This document shows positions 27,810-41,160 of a DNA stretch of 64,000 bases, in pieces. Source of the stretch: Flaccisagitta enflata (taxonomy: Eukaryota); assembly GCA_965153355.1 (NCBI GenBank), contig OZ231126.1, forward strand, positions 42,904,001 through 42,968,000, in the 5' to 3' direction. The stretch's first letter is position 1. Every line of letters begins with the position of its first letter. The notes below the pieces were generated by a model that ran no database searches, was not told where the DNA came from, and saw nothing but the letters and a program-made list of their open reading frames with translations. Both the position numbers and the translations under genes were made by a program.

Positions 27810-29943
27810 AACAAGGCCAACACCTATAAGTCGCGTGCAGGACAAAAATAACTGAACTGACCTGACTCCTTATTGTATCTTTTTATTGAAAATCAGACTT
27901 AAACGCAACCCAAAAAGACACAAACCAGACTCAAACCAGACTCAAACCAGACTCAACGGAGACTCAAACCAGAATTAAACCAGACCGAAACCAGACCTAA
28001 ATCAGACATAAATCAGACATAAACCAGACATAAACCAGATTTAAGCCAGACTCAAACCAGACTCAAACCAGACTCAAACCAGACTTAAACCAGACTGAAA
28101 CCAGGCTCAAACCAGGCTCAAACCAGGCTCAAACCAGAACCAAACCAGACTCAAACCAGACTCAAACCAGACTCAAACCAGAATTAAACCAGACCAAAAC
28201 CAGACCAAAACCAGACCTAAATCAGACCTAAATCAAACATAAACCAGACAAAACCAGACATAAACCAGACATAGACCAGACCTAACCCAAACCTAAACCA
28301 GACATAAATCAGACATGAACCAGTCTTAAACCAGACTTAAACCAGACTTAAACCCGACTTAAACCAGACTTAAACCATACTTATCATTAGTATCATTTTT
28401 ACCAGCAGACTTAAACCATTAGACCAGCAGACTTAAACCATTAGATTTAAACCAGCAGACTTAAACCAGCAGACTTAAACCAGCAGATTCAAACCAGCAG
28501 ACTGTAACCAGCAGATTTAACCCATTAGATTTAAACCAGCTGACTTAAACCAGCAGATTTAAACCAGCAGATTTAAACCATGAGACTTTTACCATCAGAC
28601 TTTACCTAGCAGACTTTAACCAGCAGACTCTAACCTGCAGACTTGAACCAGCAGACTTCAACCAGCAGACTTTAACCAAAAATGACCAAAAATGACCAAA
28701 AATGACCAAAAATGACCAAAAATGACCAAAATGACCAAAAATGACCAAAATGACCAAAATGACCAAAAATGATCAAAATGATCAAAATGACCAAAAATGA
28801 CCAAAAATGACCAAAATGACCAAAATGACCAAAAATGACCAAAAATGACCAAAATGACCAAAATGACCAAAATGACCAAAAATGACCAAAAATGACCAAA
28901 ATGATCAAAATGACCAAAAATGATCAAAATGACCAAAATGACCAAAAATGACCAGAAATGACCAAAAATGACCAAAATGACCAAAATGATCAAAATGACC
29001 AAAATGACCAAAAATGACCAAAAATGACCAAAAATGACCAAAAATGACCAAAAATGATCAAAAATGACCAAAAATGACCAAAAATGATCAAAATGACCAA
29101 AATGACCAGAAATGACCAGAAATGACCAAAAATGACCAAAAATGATCAAAAATGACCAAAAATGACCAAAAATGACCAAAAAATGACCAAAAATGACCAA
29201 AAATGATCAAAGTGATCAAAATAACCCAAAATGACCAAAAATGACCAAATTGACCAAAATGACCAAAAATCACCAAAATGACCAAAATGACCAAAAAATC
29301 ACCAAAGATGACCAAAAAATGACCAAAAATGACCAGAAATGACCAAAATGACCAAAACAACCAAAAATGACCAAAAATGACCAAAAATGACCGAAAATGA
29401 CCAAAAATGACCAAAAATGACCAAAAATGACCAAAATGACCAAAATGACCAAAATGACCAAAATGACCAAAATGACCAAAATGACCAAAATGACCAAAAA
29501 TGACCAAAAATGACCAAAAATGACCAAAAATGACCAAAAATGACCAAAAATGACCAAAAATGACCAAAAATGACCAAAATGACCTAAAATGACCAAAAAT
29601 GACCAAAATTGATCAAAATTGATCAAAATTGATCAAAATTGATCAAAATTGATCAAAAATGACCAAAAATGACCAAAAATGACCAAAATTGACCAAAATG
29701 ACCAAAATGACCAAAATGACCAAAATGACCAAAATGACCAAAATGACCAAAAATGACCAAAAATGACTAAAAGCAACCAATAATTCCAAAAAAACAAAAA
29801 AAAATGATTCAAAATAACTCCAGACTACCCAAAAAGACGCAAAAAAGCAAAGTGTTACGGACCGACAGACCGACCGACAGACCGACCGACCGACCGACCG
29901 ACCGACGGAGCGGGTTGTAGAGTCGCGTGCACGCAACTAAAAA
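27810..29943 (-). mobile_element. HINE-like element, family A, expanded to ~2.1 kb by three minisatellite arrays
   Basis: Ends AACAAGGCCAACACCTATAAGTCGCGTGC and TAGAGTCGCGTGCACGCAACTAAAAA; arrays (AAACCAGACT)n, (AAACCAGCAGACTT)n, (AAAA(A)TGACC)n. Confidence 0.9.
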
Positions 29944-30174
29944 CAAACATACGATTAGTTATCTTCCTAGTTGATGATTCTCCGATGGGGCCGGCGAGTT
30001 GCTATCCAATTCAGCTGCGGGGTGTGAGTCTCCCTCACATGACCCTTTTTGCCTCAACCGTTGGCAAACAGGATTTTTTTCTTTTCCTTTGCCTATTTAT
30101 TTCTCCCTTTTCTTTTTTCTTCTATCTCGCGTTATGATTTTCCGATGCTTTCCGGGTCAACAAACGATCGCAGT

Positions 30175-30222
30175 GTCGCTAAGCAACGTGAGGAGTGTCG
30201 CTAAGCAACGTCGCTAAGCAAC
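30175..30222. promoter_or_regulatory. Three identical X-box (RFX)-like motifs GTCGCTAAGCAAC
   Basis: Copies at 30175-30187, 30197-30209 and 30210-30222; each fits GTNRCY-N(0-3)-RGYAAC; function unproven. Confidence 0.4.
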
Positions 30223-30764
30223 GTGAGGGGTTGACTGCAGAGGCGACAACGCGTCGGCTACGTGCGCTGACTACATGGACGATGAGTGTGAATCTGTAAA
30301 GCATATAGACTAAGTAACAAGATCCTAGATTTAAGTGTACAGACATTCATCAGTACCATCAGCAGGATTGTTTAAGTATAAACATTAAATATGCAACTCG
30401 ATGATTGTAAAAATATAAGCAAGCTGCGAGAGAAAGAGGGAAACGGAGTGAGAATATAAGAAGAGGGAAGGGATTTAAGGAGAAGGAAGGGGGGGGGGAC
30501 TTCGGCAAAAGAAGGAAAGAAATCGAAGAAAAGTAAGGAAGGGAGGAAGCAAGGTAGTAAGGCAAGAAGGAAGGGAGGGGAGGGAAGGAAGGAAGGAAGG
30601 AGGCATGGAAGCGGCAAATTAGGTGGAAGACAAGAGCGGGAAAAGAAATCACGATAAGAAAGGGAGGAAGGAATGAATGAATAAATGAAGGAGGGAAGGA
30701 AGAAACTTTTTCAAGGAAGAAAGGAAGAAAGGGAGAGAGGAAGAAAGGAAGAAAGGAAGGGAGG

Positions 30765-31363
30765 AACAGGTCGCCCAAGGGCAATATGTGGTCAGCGATA
30801 CCCCTTGCCCTGCTTTGCATGGCTGTGAATCAGATTGAGAGGAAGCAGGGCAGCGGCCCCAAAGGGGACGAAGTCCTGTAGAACACACGGGGACTTTTGT
30901 CCGTCCGTCCGTCCATCTGTCCGTCAGTCCCCCCCAGGCCCTCTCAGGCCTGAAATCTGCCCTCTCTGGCCTGAAATCTGCCCTCTCAGACCTGAAATCT
31001 GCCCTCTCAGGCCTGAAATCTGCCCTCTAAGGCCTGAAATCTGAGAGGGCATATTTAAGGACTGAGAGGACAGGTTTCAGGCCTGAGAGGGCAGGTTTCA
31101 GGCCTGAGAGGGCAGATTTAAGGCCTGAGAGGACAGATTTAAGGCCTGAGAGGGCAGATTTCAGGCCTGAGAGGGCAGATTTCAGGCCTGAGAGGGCAGA
31201 TTTCAGGCCTGAGAGGGCAGATTTCAGGCCTGAGAGGGCAGATTTCAGGCCTGAGAGGGCCTGAGGGGACTAACGAACGGACGGACAAACGGACAAACGG
31301 ACAAACAAAAGTCCCCCTGTGCTCTACAGGACTTCGTCCCCTTCGGGGCCGCTGCCCAAAAAA
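30765..31363 (-). mobile_element. HINE-like element, family B2, with head-to-head 21-bp arrays
   Basis: Same ends as 23687-24389; (CCCTCTCAGGCCTGAAATCTG)n switches to its reverse complement at ~31043. Confidence 0.88.
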
Positions 31364-31664
31364 GGTCGGAAGGGAGGAAGGAAGGAAGGAAGGAAGGAAG
31401 GAAGGAAGGAAGGAAGAAAGGAAGGAAGGAAGGAATGAAGAAAGGAAGGAAGGAAGGAAAGAAGAAAGGAAGGAAGGAAGGAAGGAAGGAAGGAAGGAAG
31501 GAAGGAAGGAAGGAAGGAAGGAGGGAAGGATGTAACGAGGTTAGGAAAGGGAGAAGAAGTGGGGGGGACTAAAACGAGGAAAGAAATCGAAATAAAGGAA
31601 GAGAGGAAACGAGTCTCACGCGCGAAGAATTTTATTAGACACAAACAGGGTTGAAAGAGTAAGT

Positions 31665-31756
<92 letters not shown>

Positions 31757-31951
31757 TTATCGCTGTGAGACATTCGGGCAGCGAGAAGGTGAGCAAGACG
31801 AACAAAACAACCCTTGGAGGTACACATCCTTGCATTTGAACTACAGAAAGAAACCTTAAAAAAATAAAATCCCATTAGAATAAAGATGAGTAGGGCGCAC
31901 ACTCTACGCCCATTATCCCTGTCTGTTTATCTGTCAGTCAGACTGTCTATC

Positions 31952-32013
<62 letters not shown>

Positions 32014-32244
32014 TAGGTGCGCCAGCCAGTTTTTTAGCCCTAAATTTAATGCAGATGCAATCGTTCGTAGAATCGCGGGATAACCTTTTCACTTTTTTCC
32101 TTTTTTTTTCGATTCAGCCACGCCCCGTGCTTCAATTTTAAAACACCCCCCGTGACTACCTCGTGTTTACCGTTAATGCCAGCGACACTATACGATGCCA
32201 TGGCATACCTACCGACGTGCTATATATGTTTTCTTGTTCATCAT

Positions 32245-32716
32245 CAGGGCCGTGGAGAGGGGGGTCCACCCCCCTCTGAGAAGGGGGGCCCGAGCCTTAG
32301 GGGAGCCCGGGGGGCCCCTAGGGTAAAAGAAAAAAAAGAAGAAAAAGATAAAAGAATAAAAAAAACAAAAAAACAAAAAGAAGAAACAAAAAAAAAAACA
32401 GAAGAAAAAATGGAATAGTTATGCTCAAATTCAGATTAGATTATGCACCATCAGACTTTAGAGGTCAACTGAGGGGCCCATTTAGATCAAATCAACATCT
32501 GCTTAGTATCATCTTATAATCATCTTATAACTTTGTCTTCCTGGATTTGCGACTTGGCATAAGTGTTTTACTAATTTTTTTACGATACAAAAAAAATTGC
32601 AAAGTGGGGGGGGTGTAGGGGGACATAAAAGAGGGGGCCCAGCCTTGAGGGCACGAGGGGGGGGGCCCGGCCTTGAGGGCCCGAGGGGGGGCCCGCCGCT
32701 TCTCTCCACGGCCCTG
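32245..32716. mobile_element. hAT-type MITE
   Basis: Perfect 15-bp TIR CAGGGCCGTGGAGAG; 8-bp TSD TTCATCAT (32237-32244, 32717-32724); GGGGGCCC subterminal repeats. Confidence 0.92.
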
Positions 32717-32990
32717 TTCATCATGCAGAAAGAGTCAGATCACCAGAGCTAAACATGATTCACATTCCCAGCCCCGAACCACTATCAGGCTCAAACCGCC
32801 GTCCTTTCTCTACAAGTTCCAAGTTGAGCAGAGACAAAGGCAGAGAGGCATCATTTGGTTGTGTGTCGATTAATGAAACGAAAACAATGTTGCCACCTTC
32901 ATCACCCTGTAAATGCTCCAAAATACTCAAGAATACTCTCAAACAAATGGCTGCATCACCTCCTAATACTCTCAGGCATTCCACGCATCT

Positions 32991-33201
32991 TTTTTTTTAG
33001 TCGCGTGCTAAGCGACTCTACACCCCGCTATGTCGGTCCGTCGGTCGGTCGGTTGGTCGGTTGGTCGGTCCCCTTTTTACTTTTTCGGGGTTTTTGAGCT
33101 TTTTGAGCCTACTGCTCCTGCCCAAATGCTCTGGTGACCTTCTCCAGCCCTGCTCCTGCCCACCCGCACGCGACTAGGGTAGCCATGTATCCGGCCTTGT
33201 T
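32991..33201 (+). mobile_element. HINE-like element, family A
   Basis: TTTTTAGTCGCGTGCTAAGCGACTCTA..(GGTC)n..GCACGCGACTAGGGTAGCCATGTATCCGGCCTTGTT. Confidence 0.85.
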
Positions 33202-33210
33202 CTTTTTATT

Positions 33211-33249
<39 letters not shown>

Positions 33250-33367
33250 TTAAAAAGAGGGAGAACGAGGATCTCCTTTTTTTACGATCGCAGTAAAAGA
33301 AAAAAAAGAGAAAAAGAACGAAAAAAGGCGAATATTATTTATTGAAATCAGTTGAAAGCGAAGCTGT

Positions 33368-33820
33368 TGCGCATGCGCGCAGGAAGGCAGGGCATAGGAT
33401 TAGGAGGTGCTTTAGAGAAGCTTTTGAGTTGCTGAATTGGTGCCTAGTAGGTGCTATGGTAGTGCAGAGAAAATATCTAGGTTGTTCAAATAAAGCTAAG
33501 GGAGTGATATTTGGAACATAGACTAATTCGAAGATGCTTTAGTTCCCGTTATGGTCAGTTAGCAATTCGCTTTGCTTAAAATCAAATTTGCTACAACTTT
33601 CCTATATCATATTTTGAAAGATCGTCCCTTATCGAGCGGTCGCTAACGGTTGTCAGAGATGAATATGGTCCCCAGCAACAATCAAAGAGCATTGTTCTCA
33701 CAGTGATTGTATTTATTGCAAATTTGATTCTAAGCAATTTTTCTGTACGACTTCTGTGAACAATATTGACATTTTATTCATTTCTAGTGGGAAAACATGG
33801 ACGTATGTTTCCAAGGCAAC
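33368..33820. promoter_or_regulatory. Possible promoter motifs: NRF1-like site and X-box
   Basis: TGCGCATGCGCG at 33368-33379; GTTTCCAAGGCAAC at 33807-33820; both lie outside recognised elements. Confidence 0.3.
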
Positions 33821-34177
33821 CAGCTATTATAGGGAATAAAGCATCTTTTCCGTCATCTCTTTTTTAGATATCCTTCCCCCAGCTTCAATTGTCGTCACCT
33901 TATGCTTTTCCCCATTACCTAATCAAGATCTATTGCAGAGGCGCCGAGGAGGTACCTGGAAGGTGAAATGGCGGTGCCTAGGAGGTGCCGCAAAGGTACC
34001 CACAAGGTGCCTAGGGGATCTCTAGGAGGTAATTAGGAGGTGCCGAGGATATAGTGAGGAGGTGGCGAGATGCCTCGAGATTGTGTGAGGGGGCGCGAGA
34101 GGGCAAGTTGAAAGCCAACAAATTTTTTTTCTTTCTCTCTTTCTTTCTTTCATTTTTCTTTCTTTCTTTCCTTTTTC

Positions 34178-34252
<75 letters not shown>

Positions 34253-34761
34253 TTTTTCTTTCTTTCTTTCTTTTAATCTATGTTCCTGTTCCTCACTATG
34301 CCAAACCGAAGAGGGCCGCGACGCCTCGTGAACCCTCGCTACTTTCATAAAACGGGCGACACCTCATTTAATCAAAGAAAAAAGAAATACTTTAGAATTA
34401 TGTCAGGGGAAAACGTCTGTAACCTGTTTGTCACCAAAATTCAGAAAAAAAAACGAAATAATTTGATTAGATGCGCGACACGATTGAAGGTGGCTTTTTG
34501 ACAGAATCAGAGAAAGTGAGGGTATGTGTAAAATAAAAAAACCACCTTAGTTCTTAAGTTTGCCGAGGAAGCCAATAAAAGATGGCATTTTGTTTACTCG
34601 CTTATTCTTCTAGCCTCTTTCTGTTCTTTCTGTTTTTCTGTTCCTTCTATCTCTCTAAAAACTCTATTCCATCTTTCTCTCTCTTACTTATGTATCTGTC
34701 GTCTTCTAACTTCTCTGTCTGTCTGTTTTTTGTTTGTCTGTCTGTCTGTCTGTGTGTGTGT

Positions 34762-34856
<95 letters not shown>

Positions 34857-34913
34857 TTCTCCATTTCAGCTAAACTGACTCCTTTAAGTCCTTCTATCAT
34901 ATTTCTCACCCTC

Positions 34914-36336
34914 TTTTTAGTCGCGTGCACGCGACTCTATACCCCGCTTTGTCGGTCCGTCGGTCGGTCGGTCGGTCGGTTGGTCGGTCTGTCCCCATTT
35001 TACTTTTTTTATTCGTTTTATTCCTATCAAGTCATTTTAACTCAATTGATTTTGAGTCAAATTAGATCATTTTAAGTCATTTTAAGTCATTTTAAGTCAC
35101 TTTAAGTCAAATTAAGTCATTTGAGTTATTATTGAATTTTAGTCAATTTAAGTCAATCTAGGTCATTTTAAGTAAATTCAAGTCAATTTAAGTCAGTTTA
35201 AGTCAGTATAAGTCAATTTAAGGCAGTATAAGTCAATTTAAGTCATTTTATGTCAAATTTAAGTCAAATTAAGTCATTTGAGTCATTATTGAATTTTAGT
35301 CAATTTAAGTCAATCTAGGTCATTTTAAGTCATTTTAAGTAAATTCAAGTCAATTTAAGTCAGTTTTACTCAGTATAAGTCAATTCAAGGCAGTATAAGT
35401 CAATTTTTATTTACATAATTATAGGTAATTATAGGTCATAATGCAATTTTGGGTAATCATAGGTAATTATAGGTCATTATAGGTCATTATGCAATTACAG
35501 GTAATCATAGGTCATTATAGGTAATCATAGGTCATTATAGGTAATTATAGGTTATTATGCAATTATAGGTCATTATAGTAAATTATAGTAAATTATAGGT
35601 AATTATAGGTCATTATGTAATTATAGGTAATTATAGGTCATAATAGGTAATTATAGGTCATTATGCAATTATAGGTCATTATTGGCAATTATAGGTAATT
35701 ATGTAATTGTAGATAATTATGGGTAATTATAGGTAATTATAGGTAATTATAGGTAATTATAGGTAATTATAGGTCATTAGGTAATTATAGGTAATCAAAG
35801 GTCATTAAAGGCAATTATTGGTCATTATGTAATTATAAGTAATAATAGGTAATTATAGATCATTATAGGTAATTATATGTCAATAGACAATTTTAGGTAA
35901 TTATAGGTCATTATTCAGTTATAGGTAATTATACCTAATCATAGGTAATTATAGGTAATTATAGGTCATTATGCAATTATAAGTAATTATAGGTAATCAT
36001 AGGTCATTATAGGTAATTATAGGTCATTATGTTATAATAGGTAATTATGGGTAATTATGGGTAATCATAGGTCAATATAGGTAATTATAGGTAATCATAG
36101 GTCATTATAGGTAATTATAGGTCATTATGTTATTACAGGTAATTATGGGTAATTATGGATAATCATACATAGTTATAGGTAATCATTGGTCCATATGTAA
36201 TTATAGGTAATCATAAGTCTTCATAGGTACTCATAGGTCATTATTTAATTATGGGTAATTATAGGTAATTATAGGTAATTAGGCGATTATATTATTAAGT
36301 ATATCTCGCACGCGACTTATAGGTGTTGGCCTTGTT
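34914..36336 (+). mobile_element. HINE-like element, family A, ~1.4 kb with two 10-bp arrays
   Basis: Canonical ends; (AAGTCA(A/T)TTT)n at ~35030-35405, then (GGTAATTATA)n at ~35415-36280. Confidence 0.9.
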
Positions 36337-36579
36337 TTCTACCTCCCTGAAAAGCCCTCAAGTTCTTCATTCTGACGTATTTAACCTTCTCTTTCGCGAG
36401 TCCTTTATTGTGTTCCAAAGAACTTTTCAAGTCTTGACTTGTCGACATTCATGAATAATGATTTTGCTGCTACCTACTTTCCCTTTTGCGAAACTCAAAG
36501 AACTCATTTCTCACTCGCTCTCTGTCATTTTCTGGTCGCAACTCTGGGCCACTGCTCAAACCTATCTTTTTTCCTTTCA

Positions 36580-36924
36580 TTTTTTAGTCGCGTGCACGCG
36601 ACTCTACAACCCGCTTTGTCGGTCCTTCACGCTTTACTTTTACTTTTTTTATTATACTTTTAAGTTATTTCTAGTCATTCTAAGATATTTTAAGTCATTC
36701 TAAGTCATTCTATGTTATTCTAAGTTATTCTAAGTCATTCTAAGTCATTCTAAGTTTTTTCAAGCCATTTAAGTCAAATAGGTCATTTTAGGTCTTTTTA
36801 AGTCATTTAAAGTTGTCTTGAGTCATTTAAAGTTGTCTTGAGACATTTTAAGTCATCTTAAGTGAATAAAAGTCATCTTAAGTTATTTAAGTCTCGCACG
36901 CGACTTAAAGGTGTTGGCCTTGTT
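36580..36924 (+). mobile_element. HINE-like element, family A
   Basis: Canonical ends, (AAGTCATTCT)n array, microsatellite largely deleted. Confidence 0.85.
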
Positions 36925-37472
36925 TTCTTTTTAAAGTTGTGTAAACACGTATTTTGTTTTAGATTAAGCATCGTAAAGGCAGAAGTCTACTGATAACTTA
37001 TATGTTATTGCTTTTTCAAACTTTCTTCTTCTTCTTCTTCTTCTTCTTCTTCTTCTTCTTCTTCTTCTTCTTCTTCTTCTTCTTCTTCTTCTTCTTCTTC
37101 TTCATCTCCCTGTTCTTCTTCTTCTTCTTCATCCTCCTCTTCGTTAGCTACTGCTTACTGCTTCCTCTTGTCGTTTCGCCTTCATATTCCTTCTCGCAGT
37201 TACCTCCCTTTAACTGCGTAATAAAGATTAAGACGCGATTATGCAAACAGCATTCCAGTGCTTTTATAGTGGAAGTTCAAATATTCTTGGGAACAAATCT
37301 TGTATGAGCAAGTTTGTGTCTGGTTGTTTCTTTCCTGCTTACTATCAGCCAACTTTCTGTCTGTCTGTTTATCTGTTTCTCTGTGTGTTTAACTGTATGT
37401 TAATTTGTCTGTTTTTAGTCCTTCGTTTGTCGTCTGCCGTCTTTCTACCGTCTTTCTACCTGACTGTTTATG

Positions 37473-37533
<61 letters not shown>

Positions 37534-37596
37534 GACTGTCGGACCATCTGACTGTCTACCTGTCTGTCTGTCCGTCTTTTTCTGCCTTTCTGTATT

Positions 37597-37743
<147 letters not shown>

Positions 37744-38022
37744 TTCTCTCTCCCGAATGAGCTATGAATTGAGAAAGAATCGGAAGATTAAATGCGATTG
37801 CCTTTGTTTATGATTCAAAGGCAGAGAAAAAGGGGGAGGAATTTGCCAAGTTGATGTCCTTATCGGAGCAACTGTCGGAATATTGGACGGCTTTCTACAA
37901 ATCACGACCACAAAGCCCACCCTCACCATTCGCCGTAGCACATTCAAGACCACGCCACACATTATGACCACATAGACATTCATGCACATTTTAACACAGC
38001 ATTTGCTGCCTGGGGCCCCAGC

Positions 38023-38126
<104 letters not shown>

Positions 38127-38707
38127 CGTAGACAACATAGACCGCGTCTGCCACGCCACATCACACCGTGGGATGTGTGTGCTCAGAGCGAGCGAGGAAG
38201 GTTACACCTGCGTGTCTCTCTATCTACGCCATTGATTTACTAATTTTTCAACCAAAATCACATGGTGCATCACCCCGCCAGGGAGACCACTGTCACCATT
38301 CATAAGCACAAAGAGCCACCCAAGATGCACAATTTGCAACCAAGGAGACCACAATCACCATTCGCCGCAACACATTCATAACCACGAAGATGCACCATTT
38401 GGAACCACACATTCACGTCCTAAACTTGGACCCTGGAGACTAGATGATGGGGAATTACTCATGTTTGAAATTTTTCTAGAAGGATTGTATTTTTGTCCCC
38501 TAGAAAAAGCGCAAATATATCGAGACACAATAAGTTTCTAACAATAGTGATTCCGGAAGTATGTTTTGAATAATCTTTTATCAAGACCGTGTTAATGCAA
38601 ACGAAGATTTTGCTCTCTCCTAATCGGCAAAGCGAGCAAGAAAAAAAGAATGGAATGAAAACAGAAGAAAGCAAGAAAAACGGAAAGAAAAATAGAACGA
38701 ATGAAAA

Positions 38708-38858
38708 AAAGATCGGATACACGGCCACCAGTTGCGGACGGGTGGGCAGGGGCAGATATGCGCGTTTTCCCACTTTTCGACTCGTGCTGACGGACGGACC
38801 GACGGACCAACGGACGGACAAAGCCTCTTATAGAGTTGCGTATTCGCAACTAAAAAAA
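38708..38858 (-). mobile_element. HINE-like element, family A (AGTTGCG variant)
   Basis: GGATACACGGCCACCAGTTGCGG...CCTCTTATAGAGTTGCGTATTCGCAACTAAAAA; like 3871-4064. Confidence 0.8.
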
Positions 38859-38879
38859 TGAGAGAAGGAAAGAAAGGAA

Positions 38880-38953
<74 letters not shown>

Positions 38954-39152
38954 AAGAAAGAAAGGAAGAACGAAAGAAAGAAAGAAAGAAAGGTGCAAAG
39001 GAAGCCACAGACGTGCGAAATGAAGTGGCAAAAGAAAAATGTGAAGATCTGAGACTGAAAATCAGCTTTGATGACGAGAAATTAAGAACGGAAAAAAAGA
39101 GATGAATATTTCTTGGTTCAAAGAGGAGAGATTATTTTTTTTCCTTATCTGG

Positions 39153-40007
39153 TTATCGGGAAAAAAGTCGAAGTCAGTCTTCGACTTTTTGACATATTCG
39201 AGAGAAACAGGGTTTTCATTTTCTTATGGGAAAGTTGGGGAACTCCTTAGGGCGATTGGTCCCTCGGACGAAATTGATAGGGTAAGTAAATTTAATAATT
39301 CTCTTTCATTTGGCGCCAAGCAGAATGCTCTACGGCAAATATTTTTTGCGCTATGAATTTTTAAAGATTTATTTATAAAAATTGCGGATTGAATTTTTTC
39401 CGATTTTTTATGATTTTGAGTAGGATCAAAAAAGGAGTGTATTTATGTTTGTTTGAGCATGCAAATACAAGAAAACATGCTCATGAGCATATCTGCTCAT
39501 CTGTGAGGGTGTTTTTGAGCATTTTAGCTCATTTAGCTCATATAGCTCAGTCTGTTTTTCTGGTTTATAATGCGATAATTGAATAAATTTTTTGATACAT
39601 GTTTGCACATGCAAATACAAGAAAGCATGTCAGTGAGCAGAGTTGCTCATCTGTGAAGGTGTTTTTGAATATTCTAGCTCATTAAGCTCATTTAGCTCAT
39701 TTAGCTTGCTTCTTTTTTTTATTTTAAAACAGATGAATAAATGCTATGATTTAAGGATGCAAATACAAAAAAGCATGTCAGTAAGCATAGCTGGTTGTCT
39801 AGTTGAGTGATTTTGAATATCTTAACTCATCTAGCTCATTTGGCTCAGTCCTATTTTTCTCTGATTTTCAGTGCAACCAATACATACAATTGCTCTTAAT
39901 TTGATCTAACAAATAAAAAAGTTGCAGTGACCGAAGACAATAGCTTGGTGAAAAGTGAACAACGCTTACGACTTTTTTCCTCACGGCGACAGCCGCCATT
40001 ACTGGTA
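39153..40007 (+). mobile_element. HINE-like element, family D, with three ~150-bp tandem repeats
   Basis: 5' GGAAAAAAGTCGAAG-TCAGT-CTTCGACTTTTT; ATGCAAATACAA..TTAGCTCATTTAGCTCA units at ~39459, ~39609 and ~39757; 3' CGACTTTTTTCC + GGCG-ACAGC-CGCC. Confidence 0.8.
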
Positions 40008-40109
40008 AAGATCACAGGAAGTAAATGTGAGAAAAAGTAATCCGGGGTTACACTACCGTTGCGGACAGGAAGAGGGGGGGGGCAGGGACGGAAGTGCATG
40101 GGGGAAGTT

Positions 40110-40360
40110 TCTCCTCCCTCTTCCACTTCTTCTTCTTTTCCGTCCCCTCCCTCCGAGGACTAGTCCAAATCTCAAACTTAAGGCCACAAACCCAGTCTTG
40201 AGGCCCAAATTCCAGCCATGAGGCCTAATGGCCATGATTATCTATAAGCCTAACCATAGGCTATCGGTCTCGTCGAGGCCGCCGCCCCTCTAGCCTCTCA
40301 CCATCTCAACCCCACATACACATCGGGAATCGCCGACCATCTAATGCTTTGACGACTATT
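40110..40360 (+). mobile_element. Family B1 element, degenerate
   Basis: GAGGCCCAAATTCCAGCC units and 3' end CGCCGACCATCTAATGCTTTGACGACTATT. Confidence 0.6.
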
Positions 40361-41160
40361 CCCTCGTGCTTTACGGACTCGCAGACGGACGGACGGATGG
40401 TGTGAGTCTCGAGTCAAAGCGGATTGAGGTAATCAATAGTGATTATTTTCTTGTTTGGTTTCATTCCATTTATATCCTATTATGACAGTGCATAAGCTTA
40501 TCTTGCACACGTTTAATGAAGGATCTCTAGGGACTCAATTTGTTGGTTGTTGGTTCTTCTGCCGGGCGATTCGCCCGGCAGATTCATCTATGATGATATT
40601 TGTAATGTCATGATAATATTACGGGTTACTGAAAGAGTAACTCTTCGATTCCTGTCCATGGATCAAACCTGGTGGCTATTGGGCCAAAACATGGACTGTG
40701 TATTCATGTTTATTGTTCATTTGCGACCAAACAAACAGTATTCCTTCTAATCAGCAGCCGGGCACTTACGAAATTGAAAAATTATTTCGACCTTTTTCCT
40801 CTTAATTGGCGACCCCACAAGTGTTTTAGAAAAGGAGTAATGAAGAAATGAATCAAAAAGCAATGAATATTGACCATTTCAAATTTGACAGTTTTCCGAA
40901 GTATCATATTTCGCCTAATAAGCGCCCCGGGTGCGTAGGAAATACACAAATACATGATAACCTAGGTTGCGTGCGTAAAGCAGGGGCAGTGATGAAATGG
41001 ACTAACCGAGCATTTGCTTTTAGGATGGGTAAGTGATTTAAGAACGACCTGTAAAACGCGAGGTGTGAGCAAGCGACAGGCAAATCGACTGACCAACCGG
41101 ACGACGGACAGACCTGGTGGATTACAGAGCCGCGTACACGCGACCATCAACTGTTGGAAC

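Noticed and set aside
28658..29936. FGHFWSFLVI repeat membrane protein ORFs
   Set aside because: Translation of the 9/10-bp AAAATGACC array; the same peptide appears in all three frames.
35415..36280. Telomeric or telomere-like repeat
   Set aside because: The unit is a degenerate 10-mer GGTAATTATA bounded by family A ends, not TTAGG/TTAGGG.
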